The translations under genes and the position numbers were made by a program. Shown in pieces: positions 29,055 to 43,871 of a DNA stretch of 64,000 nucleotides. The notes under the pieces were generated by a model that saw nothing but the letters and a program-made list of their open reading frames with translations, ran no database searches and was not told the origin of the DNA. The stretch comes from the human T2T-CHM13v2.0 reference genome, Homo sapiens. Each line of letters opens with the position of its first letter. Within the stretch, counting starts at the first letter, position 1. The DNA is taken from NCBI RefSeq assembly GCF_009914755.1, contig NC_060931.1, one strand, 5' to 3'.

Positions 29055-29289
29055 CTACATCCTGGTTCCCATAGAGGGGATTCATTTCTAGAAGAGTTAA
29101 AGGTTTGGCCCGGATCCACTTGGATCACACCAAACACGACTTCCATCATATTCTGAAAGATGATAATGCAGAGAGTCTATAAGCATAAAACTGGAATTTG
29201 ACCATGTAATTCTGCTCTCATCCTATAGCCTTGCATCTCAAACTGAGCTATGAGTCTATTTTTAAATCCCCACCCCACCATTTATTAGG

Positions 29290-29445
29290 GGGATGACCTT
29301 AATGCTTCTGTTCCTCAAATTCCTTATCTGTAAAATGTGAATAATAATAATAGGTAATAATGAGGATTAAGTGAGCTTTAGTATTTACAAATTTTAACAT
29401 GAGGTATTTATTTGTTAAAAGGTGCTTAGATTGGTGTGTGGCAAA
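29290..29445 (+). mobile_element. MIR fragment
   Basis: cctcaaattccttatctgtaaaatg...gaggattaagtgag core. Confidence 0.6.
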
Positions 29446-31122
29446 GAGCAAAGCTAATGTATTTGGTATTACAAATATACATCCCACAAAACCTCCAGTG
29501 TATGCCTGGGAGGATGCAAAACCACAGGATAAAGGGTGGCAAATCTTACTCAATAACTTAGGGAGCAATTGTGTTTACATTACAACAAACATTCTATCAG
29601 GAAATAGAACAACTATGAGATAAAACATGACCCTTCAAGAAATACTCTGCAAATTCTAGCCAGTTGAGAGCAGTTCAAATTCCCTGGGTCTGTGTTCACT
29701 TTTCTCTATTAGGAGTGTTTTACAGGAAACATCTAAGAATATTTGGCTTGTCTTTCCAAGGATGGCTTTGAAGAGTGAACCATGTTAGTGTTTCTAAAAG
29801 ATTTGACTGTCTCATGCGATTGAGACTGATCTGAGCTACAGAAACTCTGTATGACTACTGTAGGTTTCTAATGTCATTTTTTAAAAACTTTAAAAATATA
29901 CCATACTTCATTAATTTGCTTGTCTTTTTTGGTTTTTATTTTCCTTTTGTTTTTACTGAGAACCGATCCTAGTGAATTAATAAAGACCATCTTTAATTGC
30001 ATACTTTTATTTAGTCATTTGAATTTGACCTTGGTGTTCTAATACAACAGTCTGCCAAGTACAGTGATGATCAGGAGCCTATTTGACTTGGAATCATTAG
30101 AGAACCTAAATGGCTGTCCTTTCTGAAACCTGATGACAATACCTACGACCTTGGTTTCCTTGCCAATATATAAAATAAGCTAGTGTTGAGGCCCCTTGGC
30201 CATGAATGTTTCTGTAATCACCTAGGCACCTGTTCACTCTTCCTGCCCCCTCAGCCCCTGCAGGAAGGGTCTGTAGACTAAGAGGTGGAGAGCCGTGCCT
30301 CTCAGAGGATGAATCAGGAATGGCATCAAAGCCTAATCTTTCATCTCGGAAGGGGTAAAACTATGTTTTGCTGCCTGAGATGATTATGTTCTTCCAAGAA
30401 AGAGTTATAACTTAAAACAGAAAAAGTGGTGCTGTTTGGTTTGCATGTTCTATATTCCACCAGCTTTAGGTTCTTGAGTTATCAGTCTTAGTGGAACATT
30501 AGATATAAAGCAGCATTTATTGTTTTAAAATATCTTTATAATCAGAAAAACAAAATTACACATTAACTGTAGACTTTTTGGAAAATACAAATAACATAAA
30601 CCTACAAGCCTGGGGCACTGTTGCTGATTATATAAACCACATTGGAATCATGGTATAGGTTTTTCGTAACTTGTTCACTAATGATTTGTTATTAGTAGTT
30701 GGTGTTTATTTTAGTGGGTAATCATAGTTCATTAACTGAACATATAATAACTGCCTCTTATTGGAAATGTATTAACTTCAAGCTTTTTTCTATTTCTTCA
30801 TTTATGAGTTGTCTTTTCTTCCTTGTGTTTTTATTTGGTTGTACTCACTGCTTTGCTGGAGATCATTATGTATTAAGAATATTGACCTTTTGATACATAC
30901 TGCAGATATTTTCCAAGTTTATTTTTCACATTTAGCTATTTAGAACGTGTAATAAGGTTCTGACTTACGTGGTTTAAACAGTTGTCCCATTATTATTAGT
31001 TCTTGATAGTACAAGTCCCGCCTAATCATTTTTTCATTTTATTTTTTCTTGGCTCTTGAGTATTGATTCATTACCAGTTGAATTTTTCCAGATTTCTCCA
31101 AAATTATACCAAATTTGAAAAT

Positions 31123-31419
31123 CTGGGCAAGGCACGGTAGCTGGACAGCCTATAATCCCAGAACTTTGGGAAGCCGAGGCAGGAGAATTGCTTGAAGCCA
31201 GGAGTTTGAGACCAGCCTGAGCAACATAGTGAGACCTTGTCTCTAGAAAAAATTAAAAAGTTAGCCGGGTATGGCGGCATGCACCTGTAGTCCCAGCTGC
31301 ACAGGGAGGCTGAGGCAGGAGGATCACTTGAGCCCAGGAGTTTGAGGCTGCAGTGAGCTATGATTGTGCCACTGCACTTCAGCCTGGGAGACAGAGCCAA
31401 GATCCTGTCTCTGAAAAAA
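31123..31419 (+). mobile_element. AluJ-like
   Basis: Alu consensus. Confidence 0.9.
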
Positions 31420-31909
31420 ATATATTTAAAACAAAAATCATTTTGGAGAGTATTGGCATTTTTATAATGCAAAATATAATTCTCTTTACTCAGATCACCT
31501 GAATAATTTATTGAAATTTCTTCCTTGCTTTGATAATTTAATAGTTTCTCTCTAAATTTTTGAACAGTCTGATTTCTGATGATGATTTCCATGTAATCAC
31601 TTCAGGGCTTATATTTGTGTGACTCTTGGCTTCAAGTAGTTTTTAATCTAAAGTACCACATCTTAGTATCTGCACAGAAGATGCATTCATTTCTTAGAGT
31701 GGCAGAGACATTACCTCAAAAAGATAAAATACCATTCTCTGAGGGATCAAAATGATGTAAAGACATGTTAACTGTTAATAACGATGATGTTGTTAGGGCA
31801 CTTAAAAAGGAAGTTTGAAATGGAAATACGTATTACAGAGAAAATGGCAGACATCAGTGGCTGTTTAAATATGGTTGTTGTTTACCGTAAAATCAAAGAA
31901 CTTTTTCCT

Positions 31910-32192
31910 TTTTCTTTCTGTTTTTTGAGAAACGGAGTCTTGCTCTGTTGCCCAGGCTGAAATGCAGTGGCACAATCATAGCTTACTATGTCCTTTAACT
32001 CCTAGGCTCAAGCCATCCTCCCGCCTCAGCCTCCTGAGTAGCTAGGAAGGACTACAGGCGCGTGCCACACCTGGCTAATTTTTTTTTTAGAGACAGGGTC
32101 GCACTGTGTTGCCCAGGCTGGTCTCAAAATCCTGGCCTCGAGCAATCCTCCTGCTTCAGCCACCCAAAGTGGCTGAGCCATCATGCCCAGCC
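31910..32192 (-). mobile_element. AluJ-like
   Basis: Antisense Alu consensus. Confidence 0.88.
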
Positions 32193-32325
32193 CTCCCTTA
32201 TTTTCTTAATCGCATTTTATTAGAGCTGGCATGTGAATTTAATTTGCCATTTTTCAGTTTCCTTTAATTTACATATTAAAGAATTGTAACAGTTCTTTAC
32301 CAATGAATCAAAACCATTCACTTGA

Positions 32326-32520
<195 letters not shown>

Positions 32521-33376
32521 TAAAATGTAGGTATTTATAATTATCTGTAGTTTTGATATTGCTTTTGATTCTAGACTCTCGAGTCAACGGCATTACTTGC
32601 CCATGTCAGTTTTAAAAAGATGCATGTGTTTGTACATCGTTATGTGCCAATTTCAGACTTCTGCAGAGCATTTTGGTTTGACTTAGGGGGAAGAGTGTAT
32701 TTAGAATATGACTTGCTCCATACACTTTAGCATTAAATGATGCTACCCCAAGTTTTTTCTTGACTGTTCTTCCTTTGAAAATTCTCTGAGATGAGGAGAC
32801 TGTCATCTTATATTTCCCTTAACCACTCCCATGTTTTACTGGGGCATGTTAGGAGCTCAATAAAAGATTGAAGTTTGGATTTTTCTTCTATGGTCCTCCT
32901 AAAGTAACCACATGCTGTATACACGTCTTAAATCAATTTGGGAGACCTTTTCTCAACTCATTTGTTTTTATAATTGAGATAGAAATCCATATTCTCCTTA
33001 AATGTATTCATTATTTTTAAACAAATATTTGAGTGCCTATTATGTGTCAGGCATAAATACTATTTCAATCTTGAGAATTTTAGGAAGCATTAGAGTTGTT
33101 TCTGATAATTTTTTTTTTTTGCTTAGTCTTAAGTTAGTGGTTTCTCACAGTAAGGGGGAAAATAAATTTACAATAGTAAATTTATAGTAAATAGTAACAA
33201 TTTCATTGTTACTTTTAGCAAAATATACATATACCAAATAGAGAATATTTGGTTATAATTAAATGCTATTGATTATTAAAGTCTAAAAACATGGTTATCT
33301 TTTGCAGAGTATTTTTCATCTCAGTATAAATACATAATTAGTAGAATGGATATGCAAAATTTTTTTCAGTGCATAA

Positions 33377-33733
<357 letters not shown>

Positions 33734-34089
33734 TAGGCGTTAATAATGTTATTTTTTTTTTCCTTTTATGCCTTCTCACTGTTAAATTCCTTGCACTCAC
33801 TAGAAGAAGCTGCTTCCCTAGAAACAAAAGGCTCCTGGAAGCTGTTACTTTGCCACTCACAGTCCACAGGTTGTGCCTTACAGGAACTTTGATCTGGATA
33901 GTAGCCTCTGGCTGAAGACCACAGGGCTGTACTCTGGAGAGGCCCTGCAGTTTATAGCATTTCTCTACACCCCTCCGCTTCCCCAGGGCTACATAGAATA
34001 TTCCTGCTAGGTCATCTGTAATTCAGGTCATCTGTAATTCAGGTGATAATTTCACATTGGAAATAATTGCGTTTTTAAGACACAAATGA

Positions 34090-34554
<465 letters not shown>

Positions 34555-35173
34555 TGATAGCATTATCAAAAATAGTATTTTTTTAATCCTTATTTTTCTG
34601 TTATCTTTTGAAGGCTTCTTTTCCGTGTTTAATTTTGGGAGTTGCTGCTGACACTCAGCCGCCTCTATGAATTATTAAAGGGTTGAGTATAAAGCTTTCC
34701 TTTAGGTTTTTAAAACAATTTTATGCTCACAAGATGGGAGGGAACTGGCTCAGCCGTGGATTTTATGAAAAAGATCTCTAGGTTTTAGTAAAAACTTAAG
34801 TACAGAGTCCTCAGTGTCGGCACATACAGTGTCTTTACCGTGTGGTGATTACAGAGCCTGGCCAGGCTGCCTGCACTCGGATCTCAGCTCCACCATTGAC
34901 AGCTATCTCACCCTTGGCGAGTTACTTCTGTCTCTGTCATTTTATTTTATTTTTATTTTTTTAAATAGAATGATAATGCCTATCCCATAGGATATTTGTG
35001 AATAAACAATACATGTAAAGTGCTTAAATCAGGGCACATAATTGCTCAGCAGTGATGACTGCTGCACGTTCTTATGAGTACACATAATTTTTTTAATTTA
35101 AAAACTCATTTCAAAATTACCCTTCAGTTTTTATGACTTTATTTCCAAGCTAAATGTTCCTTTAAAGGGCCTG

Positions 35174-35176
<3 letters not shown>

Positions 35177-35222
<46 letters not shown>
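35177..35222 (+). repeat. (CA)23 microsatellite
   Basis: Read directly from the sequence. Confidence 0.97.
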
Positions 35223-35225
<3 letters not shown>

Positions 35226-35520
35226 CGCTCACCCTCCTGTGATTCAGAAGGGGTCAATTCGGTGAAGACATTTTTTCAGTAATATAAGGTGCCTTCCCAG
35301 TTGTTGATTCAGAACTCAATTTACCTATATGGGCAGCAGAGCCAAGTAAATGACTTGACTTTCCTTGAAATGAGTTAAGTGGGAAGTCTGTTATTTCATC
35401 AGATAGATTAATGAAGCAGTTTTTGCTTTTTTCATTTAAATTGCTATATACTAGGTATGAGATTGGCCTTAGGGAACTCGTGTTCTATGTGAATATAGTT
35501 AGATTTAAAATAAACATGAT

Positions 35521-35661
35521 AGCTGGGTGTAGTGGTGTGTACCTATAGTCCCAGCTACTCAGAAGCCTGAGGCAGGAGGGTCACTTGAGCCCAGGAGTTC
35601 GGGACCAGCTAGGGCAATGTAGTGAGACCCTGTCTCCTTTAAAAGGAAGAAAGAAAAAAAA
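35521..35661 (+). mobile_element. FLAM-like Alu monomer
   Basis: Monomer consensus. Confidence 0.8.
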
Positions 35662-37904
35662 AGCATTATAAATTACTTTTTCAGTTTTATAGGAAAGATG
35701 GGACGTTAATTCTAATGTTCATCTTTTCCAAACCAAAGTAAGGTGCTAAATTGGAGAAATAATCAACTATGATTCTCATGTTCCATTGTTTCTTTCTTGG
35801 ATACAATCAGCTGCCTGATATTTTAGGCACTGAATAAATGCTGCCGATTGACTTTGTCAATGAGTCTTGAATCTGACATTTACCTAACTCGATCAGTTAA
35901 AGCAAAAGTATACCTTCTATGTAAATCATTTCTCTATTTGAGGAAGCTTCATCCGTCAGCAATGACAGCACAAATAAACTGCCTTTAACAGCAGTTACAT
36001 TTTACGAGAAATCAAGCTTTTAAACAATGCTTGTGTTACTTAAATCTAAGCCACTGATTAACCTGAATTTAAGAACCAAAACAAGATTTTCTCCCGTGAA
36101 GAAGAGTTATAGCTCAGTAAACCCACGTTGCATCTGCCTTCACTCACAAAAGTCAAATATTAGTTTTTTTTAGTAAGTTACTGATTCTAGTTATTATTTA
36201 CATAAGCACTGTTTCTACATTGAACTCATGAAACTCTGAGTTTTTTAATTGTTGTGCTTATGAAGTAAAATGTTCGGGAAAGCAAATACTTTTCCAATTT
36301 TCTGCAAAAGGAGTGTTTCCTAAAATGCAGTTTTATTCTTATTTGTAAACTTGCCGTTTGGCTCCTTCTGTTGGAATGCTGTCTGTCTGGTGCATGGGTT
36401 CCTCGTGCCCTTCCCTGCTCTGGGCTCACACTTGCCACCTCCATTCGCCATCTCTGGGAAAGCCCACAGAATTGAAGCTCAGGGGGAGCGTGGGTGCCCG
36501 GGCCATAGCCTGGCACACAGTAGGTGCTTGATTACTTATTGTAAGAAAGAAACACAGCTGCTAAAAAACAAATACTTTTAAATAGGTTTTAGTTTTTATC
36601 ATTTATGTGGTAAATGTAAAAGACACATTGTAACCCAACCATAATTATTTTCAAAAACCCACTGATTATGAAAAATCAGGAGAAAAAAAGGTTAGTAAAA
36701 GTTAGAATCATTGTACATGATTTTAAGTGGGATTTAATTACCTTGAGAACACAATTTTTAAAGTTTAAAAATTTTTGCCTAATTAAGTTGAATCATAGTG
36801 TACGAGAATCATTTATAATTAGCATATTAAATGCCATAGAAGGCACTACCTAAGTGATTTTTTTTAAGTGCAAAAATGTGTAATATCAGTCCCGTGTCTT
36901 TCTCTGGACTAGAACACTATATATGTTACACTGAAGCTGTTCTTGATGAAATAAACTCCTTTGAGAGGCCAAAAAAAAGTTTTTTATCTGGCTAATCCTT
37001 TTATACCACTAATTTGGTTAGAAAACCAGCTTTACTGCTAATACCTGGCCTAGACTGAAATTCGTAGAGGTTTCCAGTTTATCATGTAAGTCAAATATTT
37101 TTTGTGTTCGAAGTTTTAGAACCTACTTATGAATTTTTCTTAAGGCATATCTTTTCCCTAGTTAAAACCAATTTAAACATTAAAGGCTATTTCTGGAAAA
37201 CTGGCTGAAGGGGAATTTCCCTCATGGCATCTCCCTCTCGCCACCTAAAAGCTGGCAGCCCTCAGTGACGTGAAACTGAAGAGAGAGCCCTCCGAACCTC
37301 GGAGTGGGGAGGGGACTGTCCGTCAGGATTCCACTCTGTTTGGAAGCGTTCTCTCCAGCCTTCAGAGAGCCTCGTGATCAAGGGCATTTGTGCTCAACTG
37401 ATATGTGAGGCGATCAATTAGCCTATTGCACTGGGGCACCAGGAGGACTTTGGGAACCTTGCACACAAATATTCAAGGATGAGATTTCAAACTGGTTTCG
37501 AGCTGAGCAAGGGATAGGAGAAATGGCTTGTTTAATAGGCAAGTAACCCCATGCATGATTGCTGGCCCAGGAACAGGTTGGGAATGTATCAAAAAATAGT
37601 CTATATTAAAATATAGAAGGTGATGGCCTCCATTCACTTAGTGAGGCTTGAAGGGGAGCATCTTCAAAGCAGAGACCATTCCTTCACGTGGTCATTTTAA
37701 AAAGAATTGAATGCCCACTGTGTGTGCCTGGCCCTGTGCTAGGCTCTTAATTTTTCTTATTTGACCAAAGCAACTGCAAACAGTCTCCTGCTTAGAATGG
37801 CTCACCTTAATGATTTTTTTGACTTTAAAATGGCATGAAAACAATAGGCATTTATGATACTTTCAATAAACTCATCGTACATTGAAAATACTGTCACACA
37901 TTCA

Positions 37905-38234
<330 letters not shown>

Positions 38235-41200
38235 TTATTGAAACATTATCCCAAATTGAGGAGTATTTTTAGCTGCATGATGTGGTCAGTGTTTCAAATC
38301 AAAGGGCAAACAAATTTTGCAGATCAAACTGAAATCGTTGTTTCATTTCTTTAGCAAGCATTTAGGGCATTCCTGTAGTAGACGTGATGTCAAGAACTCT
38401 GAATTAGAATGCCTTGCCTTTGTCCTTGTCACATCTCCGTGACCTCATCTGCCTAGTTTAGTGCCTACATTGCAGGTTCATTTGAAACTCACCTCTTCTC
38501 CATTCCTTAGCACAGAGGTGGCAGCTGTGTAGCATGAGTCACCCTGCCCTCATGCCTTGTTCATCATAAGCATTAGTAATCTAATAGGGTATAATTTCCT
38601 GCAGGGTCTGGACGTAGCCTCAGAATCCTCCTCAAAGCAGTAAGCAGCCTGCCTGTCTCGGTAGCAAGCTGTCTCCTCCTCTGTCTTCTGGGATGAGTCA
38701 GTGGAGCATGGGAATTCCTCCTCCCTTGGCTCTTACTGTTTTCTATGCATTTTCTCTCCAGTCCCAAGGCTACCATCTTAATCTGGGCTTCGTTTATCAC
38801 TGCACCTCCCAAATGGCCCCACATCTCTCCCATTCCCATTCATCCCTCATGATAATTAGCAGTTTCGTCTTTCAGAAATACCACTTAATACATTTATAAT
38901 TTTACTCTGTGTTCTTTTCATCCTTTGTTTTAAACAAAGCAGAATAAAGCCCTTCCTTGTGATAATATAAATCATAATATTACACTAAATCAAAATCCTC
39001 TAATTAGCCCACATTTTCATGAACCCTGTCTTCCAGTGAAACTATTATAATATCATTCCCCTACCCCAAAACTCTGGCTAATGTCTCTACTTATAACACA
39101 GTCATCCTTACCTTCTGCTTGTCTTAGTCCTGCTTTTAAGGCCAGCTCAAATCCTCCCTTCTAGAAAGAGCTGACCTTAACTCTTCTATCCTAAGCCCTA
39201 TTTGTAAAACTCTCATTACAAGTGTACATGTGGTTATAACTTCCTGTGCTTCCTGTCACTGCACCATGGGTGGTACAGCCCTTGAGAGCGAAGCTCACGC
39301 CTCATTATAGTTTTATGCTCTGTGGTTTCGGGCCTAGCCTCTTACCCAGCGAGGATCTGTGGATGATAATGGTGAAGGCCGTCTGCTGCAGGGCTGCCGT
39401 CTCGGCTGCACGACTCTTGACCCCGCTGCGTGTGTCTTCTCAGCTGGAACTCACCATTGTGTAAATTTGCCTCACTCTGCTTTCCTAGTTCTTCTGTCTT
39501 CTCTTCTTAGAGACAGTCCTTCTTTTTTCTACCTGTGAAATACCTATTTATCTCTCAAAACCCAGCTCAAAAGTTTTCTCAGTCACCTTGGAATGGTAGC
39601 ATCTCCCCCTTGAAATAATGGCACATTGGACTGTTTATGTGACACTGCTTTATGCTTTAGATGTCCGTGTGAACGTCCCTCTATTGTAGCAGAGATGGCT
39701 CTATCCAGTTTTGTGTCCTCAGAGCTTATTATGACACCTTATCAGTATACTTACATCTTAGTTACACTTCCCATTGCTCCGAAAAGGACTTGGGGCTGCT
39801 CACACAATACGTGAAATAAAATAAGATAAATTAAATAAATCGGAGAATAGCAAAATAAGGATATGAGACACAAAATAGAGCTTAATATAATTCTCAAAGT
39901 GTGTGCAATGCAGTCCGTTACTCTTGTTAGAGGTAGGTCATGATTTGCCTCGAAATCGTTGTAGTCAGTACAGAGAGCTTGCCATTAAAGACAGCCAGCG
40001 CCGTGGGGTACGATCGGCTAGTAACTCAGAAGAATGATTTTTCTTGATGGTCAGAGCTGAGGATACTTTCTCCAGTGGCTCATCCTAAAAAGCATGGTAG
40101 TGCCGTGGACAGCATCATCAGCAGTACACTCACAAGGAAATAGGATGTCAAGTCCTTGGGTAGTTTGATAGTTTTCCATGACACCAGCTTATAGCACAAT
40201 GCCAAAATAAAGTTCAGGAGAAGGGTCAAATAATGCAGACTTGTAAGTTCCTGTTAATTCTTGACTATACAATTGATTCCATTTTGAATGTTTAACACAC
40301 AGTTGCTCAGCAGTCTGGATGTTACTGTATTCCCCCACAAAGACAGCTCTGTAAATGAACATAAATCAGGCTATAAGAGAATATCTCCTTACACTTGGTC
40401 TTCAGGGCAGAAGTAGCAACAAAAAAGCACAAGTCCTCTTTGAAACCATATCTTGATTTAGTGTCCTCAGCCTAACAGGTATTGCAGTGTGGCCCAACAG
40501 AGATGGGTCTGTGAGATACTTCAACACCCGGCAGGGCTGCTGGGTCTAACATTGGAGTGTTGGGCTGCAGACACTGACTGGGGAGAAATGTTGTGAACTT
40601 TATTTGCAGTTCTGAGAGAAATGCTGTGTTGAAACAGGAGAGGTTTTCAGAAGCTGCTCTCAGTAGCTGGCTCCAGGATTGGGGTGATGGTATAATACTT
40701 ACAAAAGGCAGCACATCAGATAGAGAATTTGATAGGCAGAAATTAGGTAGCTCCGGCAAGTTATTTTTCAATGGAAGACTAAGGGGTAGATCCGAGTACA
40801 TTAGCAGAAAAAGTTCTGTGATTTAGATTGGGAAGTTGAGTTAGAAATAATTATAAAAGCCCAGTCATGTGTGAACTTAGACCAGTGAACAGACGAATGT
40901 ACTACCAGCTACTTCTGGTAGATTTGAGTTTGGGTTTAGTTTAGACATCCAAGATCCCCTTTCTCTTCTGTAGTGAAGTGCGTGATTAAATAACTGAGTC
41001 TTGATGCAAACATTCTCTGGATGGTAAGAAAAGAACACTGTCCAGTCATTGATAAAATTAGCTACAGAACCTTACATTTGGAGTGTAACCCAGCTTGGTT
41101 TGTTCAAAGGAGATAGGATACACATGGATAAAGTCAGCTTACACACACAGGAAGAGGGTCAGATGAGAAACTCATAGACTCTTAGAGCCATAGCTATTCC

Positions 41201-42069
41201 TTAAAGCTGGCTAATGGGTTTATGGGGGTTGATTTTACTATTCTTTTCTCATTTTGAACATATTGAAAATTTTCTATATTAAAACATTTTTTTAAGAAAC
41301 AAATGTGCAGGTTTTGATTGAGTGGATGTTGGAAAGGAGAAAGAGTGTCTTTAGGACAAAAGGAAGCACGGTTTTGTACAGTAAGTCAGACATTTAATTA
41401 CACAAAAAGCTGATATATGCTGATAATATACATTGATTCATATAGCACGTAGCTAAATTTGTGAATTACAGGTACATAACTTCAGAGAAACAAGGATGGT
41501 TTGGATTTATTTTGTCTGTTTCCCTCCCCTGAGAAATTCGTATGACCTTGCCTTAAAACTTTTAAAGAATACATTTTTAAATCTATATTCCTGCTAAAGA
41601 AAACAGTGAATCATTAAAATACCACCAGAAAAAAAAAAAAAAAGGTTTGATTTTTAGTTCAGGTCGGTAATGGCCTGTAAGTACCTTGAAGATGGTATCT
41701 TCCTATCACTTATGCCTTGGGACAGTACCCAAGAGTGGCTGAACTTTTTACCTAATTAAAAAATGAGTCATTTATTTGAAAAATTCCACTTCCATTTATT
41801 TTATCTGATTTCTTAAATATCCGGTCAACTGCTAATTTGTCAGATGTCATAATTCGTCAGTCCTACCCTTTTCTACAGGCTGAATTTTTAATTTGAAACA
41901 ACTACACCTCTACCGAGTGTTACTTTCAGACGTAAATTACTGCAGGAAGACCCCCCTCTGCCTTGGTTAACATTTAAATGAGATGCCTCCTGTCCAGGAC
42001 GCCATGAGACGAAGAGAATAATCATTTTCCCTAAACGAAAATGTACACATTTGTCATTTTGGAGTCTAA

Positions 42070-42389
<320 letters not shown>

Positions 42390-43556
42390 GAGGCTGTCAT
42401 TTTTATATCCAACATACACCCTTCTTTCTCTTAATTATAGGGAAGACTTTAATCATTTCACAAGCAAATCCACTATGGATGCACGTCCCTACCCAAATTT
42501 GACTTTATACCCACATCAACTAAATTGTAGTTTAAATAAGTACTGAAGTAACCCTTGATTGGCTCAAGGCCAATTAGAGACCCTGCCCATGAACTTCTCT
42601 TTCCTGTCCATCCTCACTGAGTCAGGCAGCCCTATACTCATCTTCCTATACACTACTTCTATTTCAGAACTAACTTAATTATTCCTTTCTGAAACATTCT
42701 ACCTGGGGAATCTTTTCATTCTCTTCAGAGAAGTCAGTCTTCCCTGGCAAGTCTTAGTTCTGCTTTCAAAGTTTAACATTTTCGTCTGTAAACACTCAGC
42801 CCCTAAATCTAGTCCACCTACAGCCTCCACATTTACAGAGTACATTCTGAAAGGCTGAAAACAAGGACTTCAGCCTCACCTTGAACTAAAGGAAATGTAG
42901 GTGTCAGCCAGGACTAGGGGAACAACCAGGGGGCGTAACCAAGGCCGGAATCAAAATGAAACCCACACAGTTATGGTGCTGGGATCAGGAATGTGTAGAT
43001 AGTAGATCAGAATCCAAAGGTGACAATGAGATCAAAGATTTAAAAATTGTGGTCTGAGGTGCAGAGCCATGATTCCAAGATAGATATTGATGATTGAAGC
43101 AAAAAGTAGCAGCAGGTAGGCCGGTTAAAATAATGAGAAAAGGTTGGACGTGGTGGCTCACACCTGTAATCCCAGCACTTTGGGAGGTTGAGGCAGGTGG
43201 ATTTGAAAAGAAAGTATATTCTGCTGTTGTTGGATGAAGTAGTCCATAGATGTCAACCAGTGGTTTATTATTAGTCATGTGAGTCCTGGGGAACCCAGAG
43301 GAACTCCCTCTTCAAACAAATGTTTTACCTGAGTCTGCACGTGTTGGAGAGTTCTCCAAATTAACTCTCATGTAGTCATATGATGCGTAGTAAAGGGAAG
43401 ACTTAAAATGTGCTCATTCCAATCCTACGTGCCCCTGAAATCCAGGGGCAACTGCAGCAACATTTTTGAATTTAGACCAATAGAGGCTTTGGGGGAGGAG
43501 CATTTTCTTGCTGGCATTGTTTAACATTGCCAGGACATCACCATGAAAATAATGAA

Positions 43557-43871
43557 GGTCAGGCACGGTGGGTGATGCCTGTAATCCCAGCATTTTGGGA
43601 GGCTGAGTCGGGTGGATCACCTGAGGTCAGGAGTTTGAGACCAGTCTGGCCAACATGGTGAAATCCCGTCTCTACTAAAGATAAAATTAGCTGGGTGTCA
43701 TGGCATGCACCTGTAATCTCAGCTACTTGGGAGGCTGAGGCAGAAGAGTCACTTGAACCAGGGAGGCAGAGGTTGCAGTGAGCCGAGATCATGCCACTGC
43801 ACTCCTGCACTCCTGCCAGGGTGACAGAAGAAGACCCTGTCTCAAAAAAAAAAAAAAAAAAAAAAAAAAAA
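43557..43871 (+). mobile_element. AluS with A tail running into (GAA)n
   Basis: Alu consensus. Confidence 0.9.

Noticed and set aside
42923-42936. CTCF-like CAACCAGGGGGCGT
   Set aside because: The near-invariant second C of the core is A; unsupported without ChIP data.
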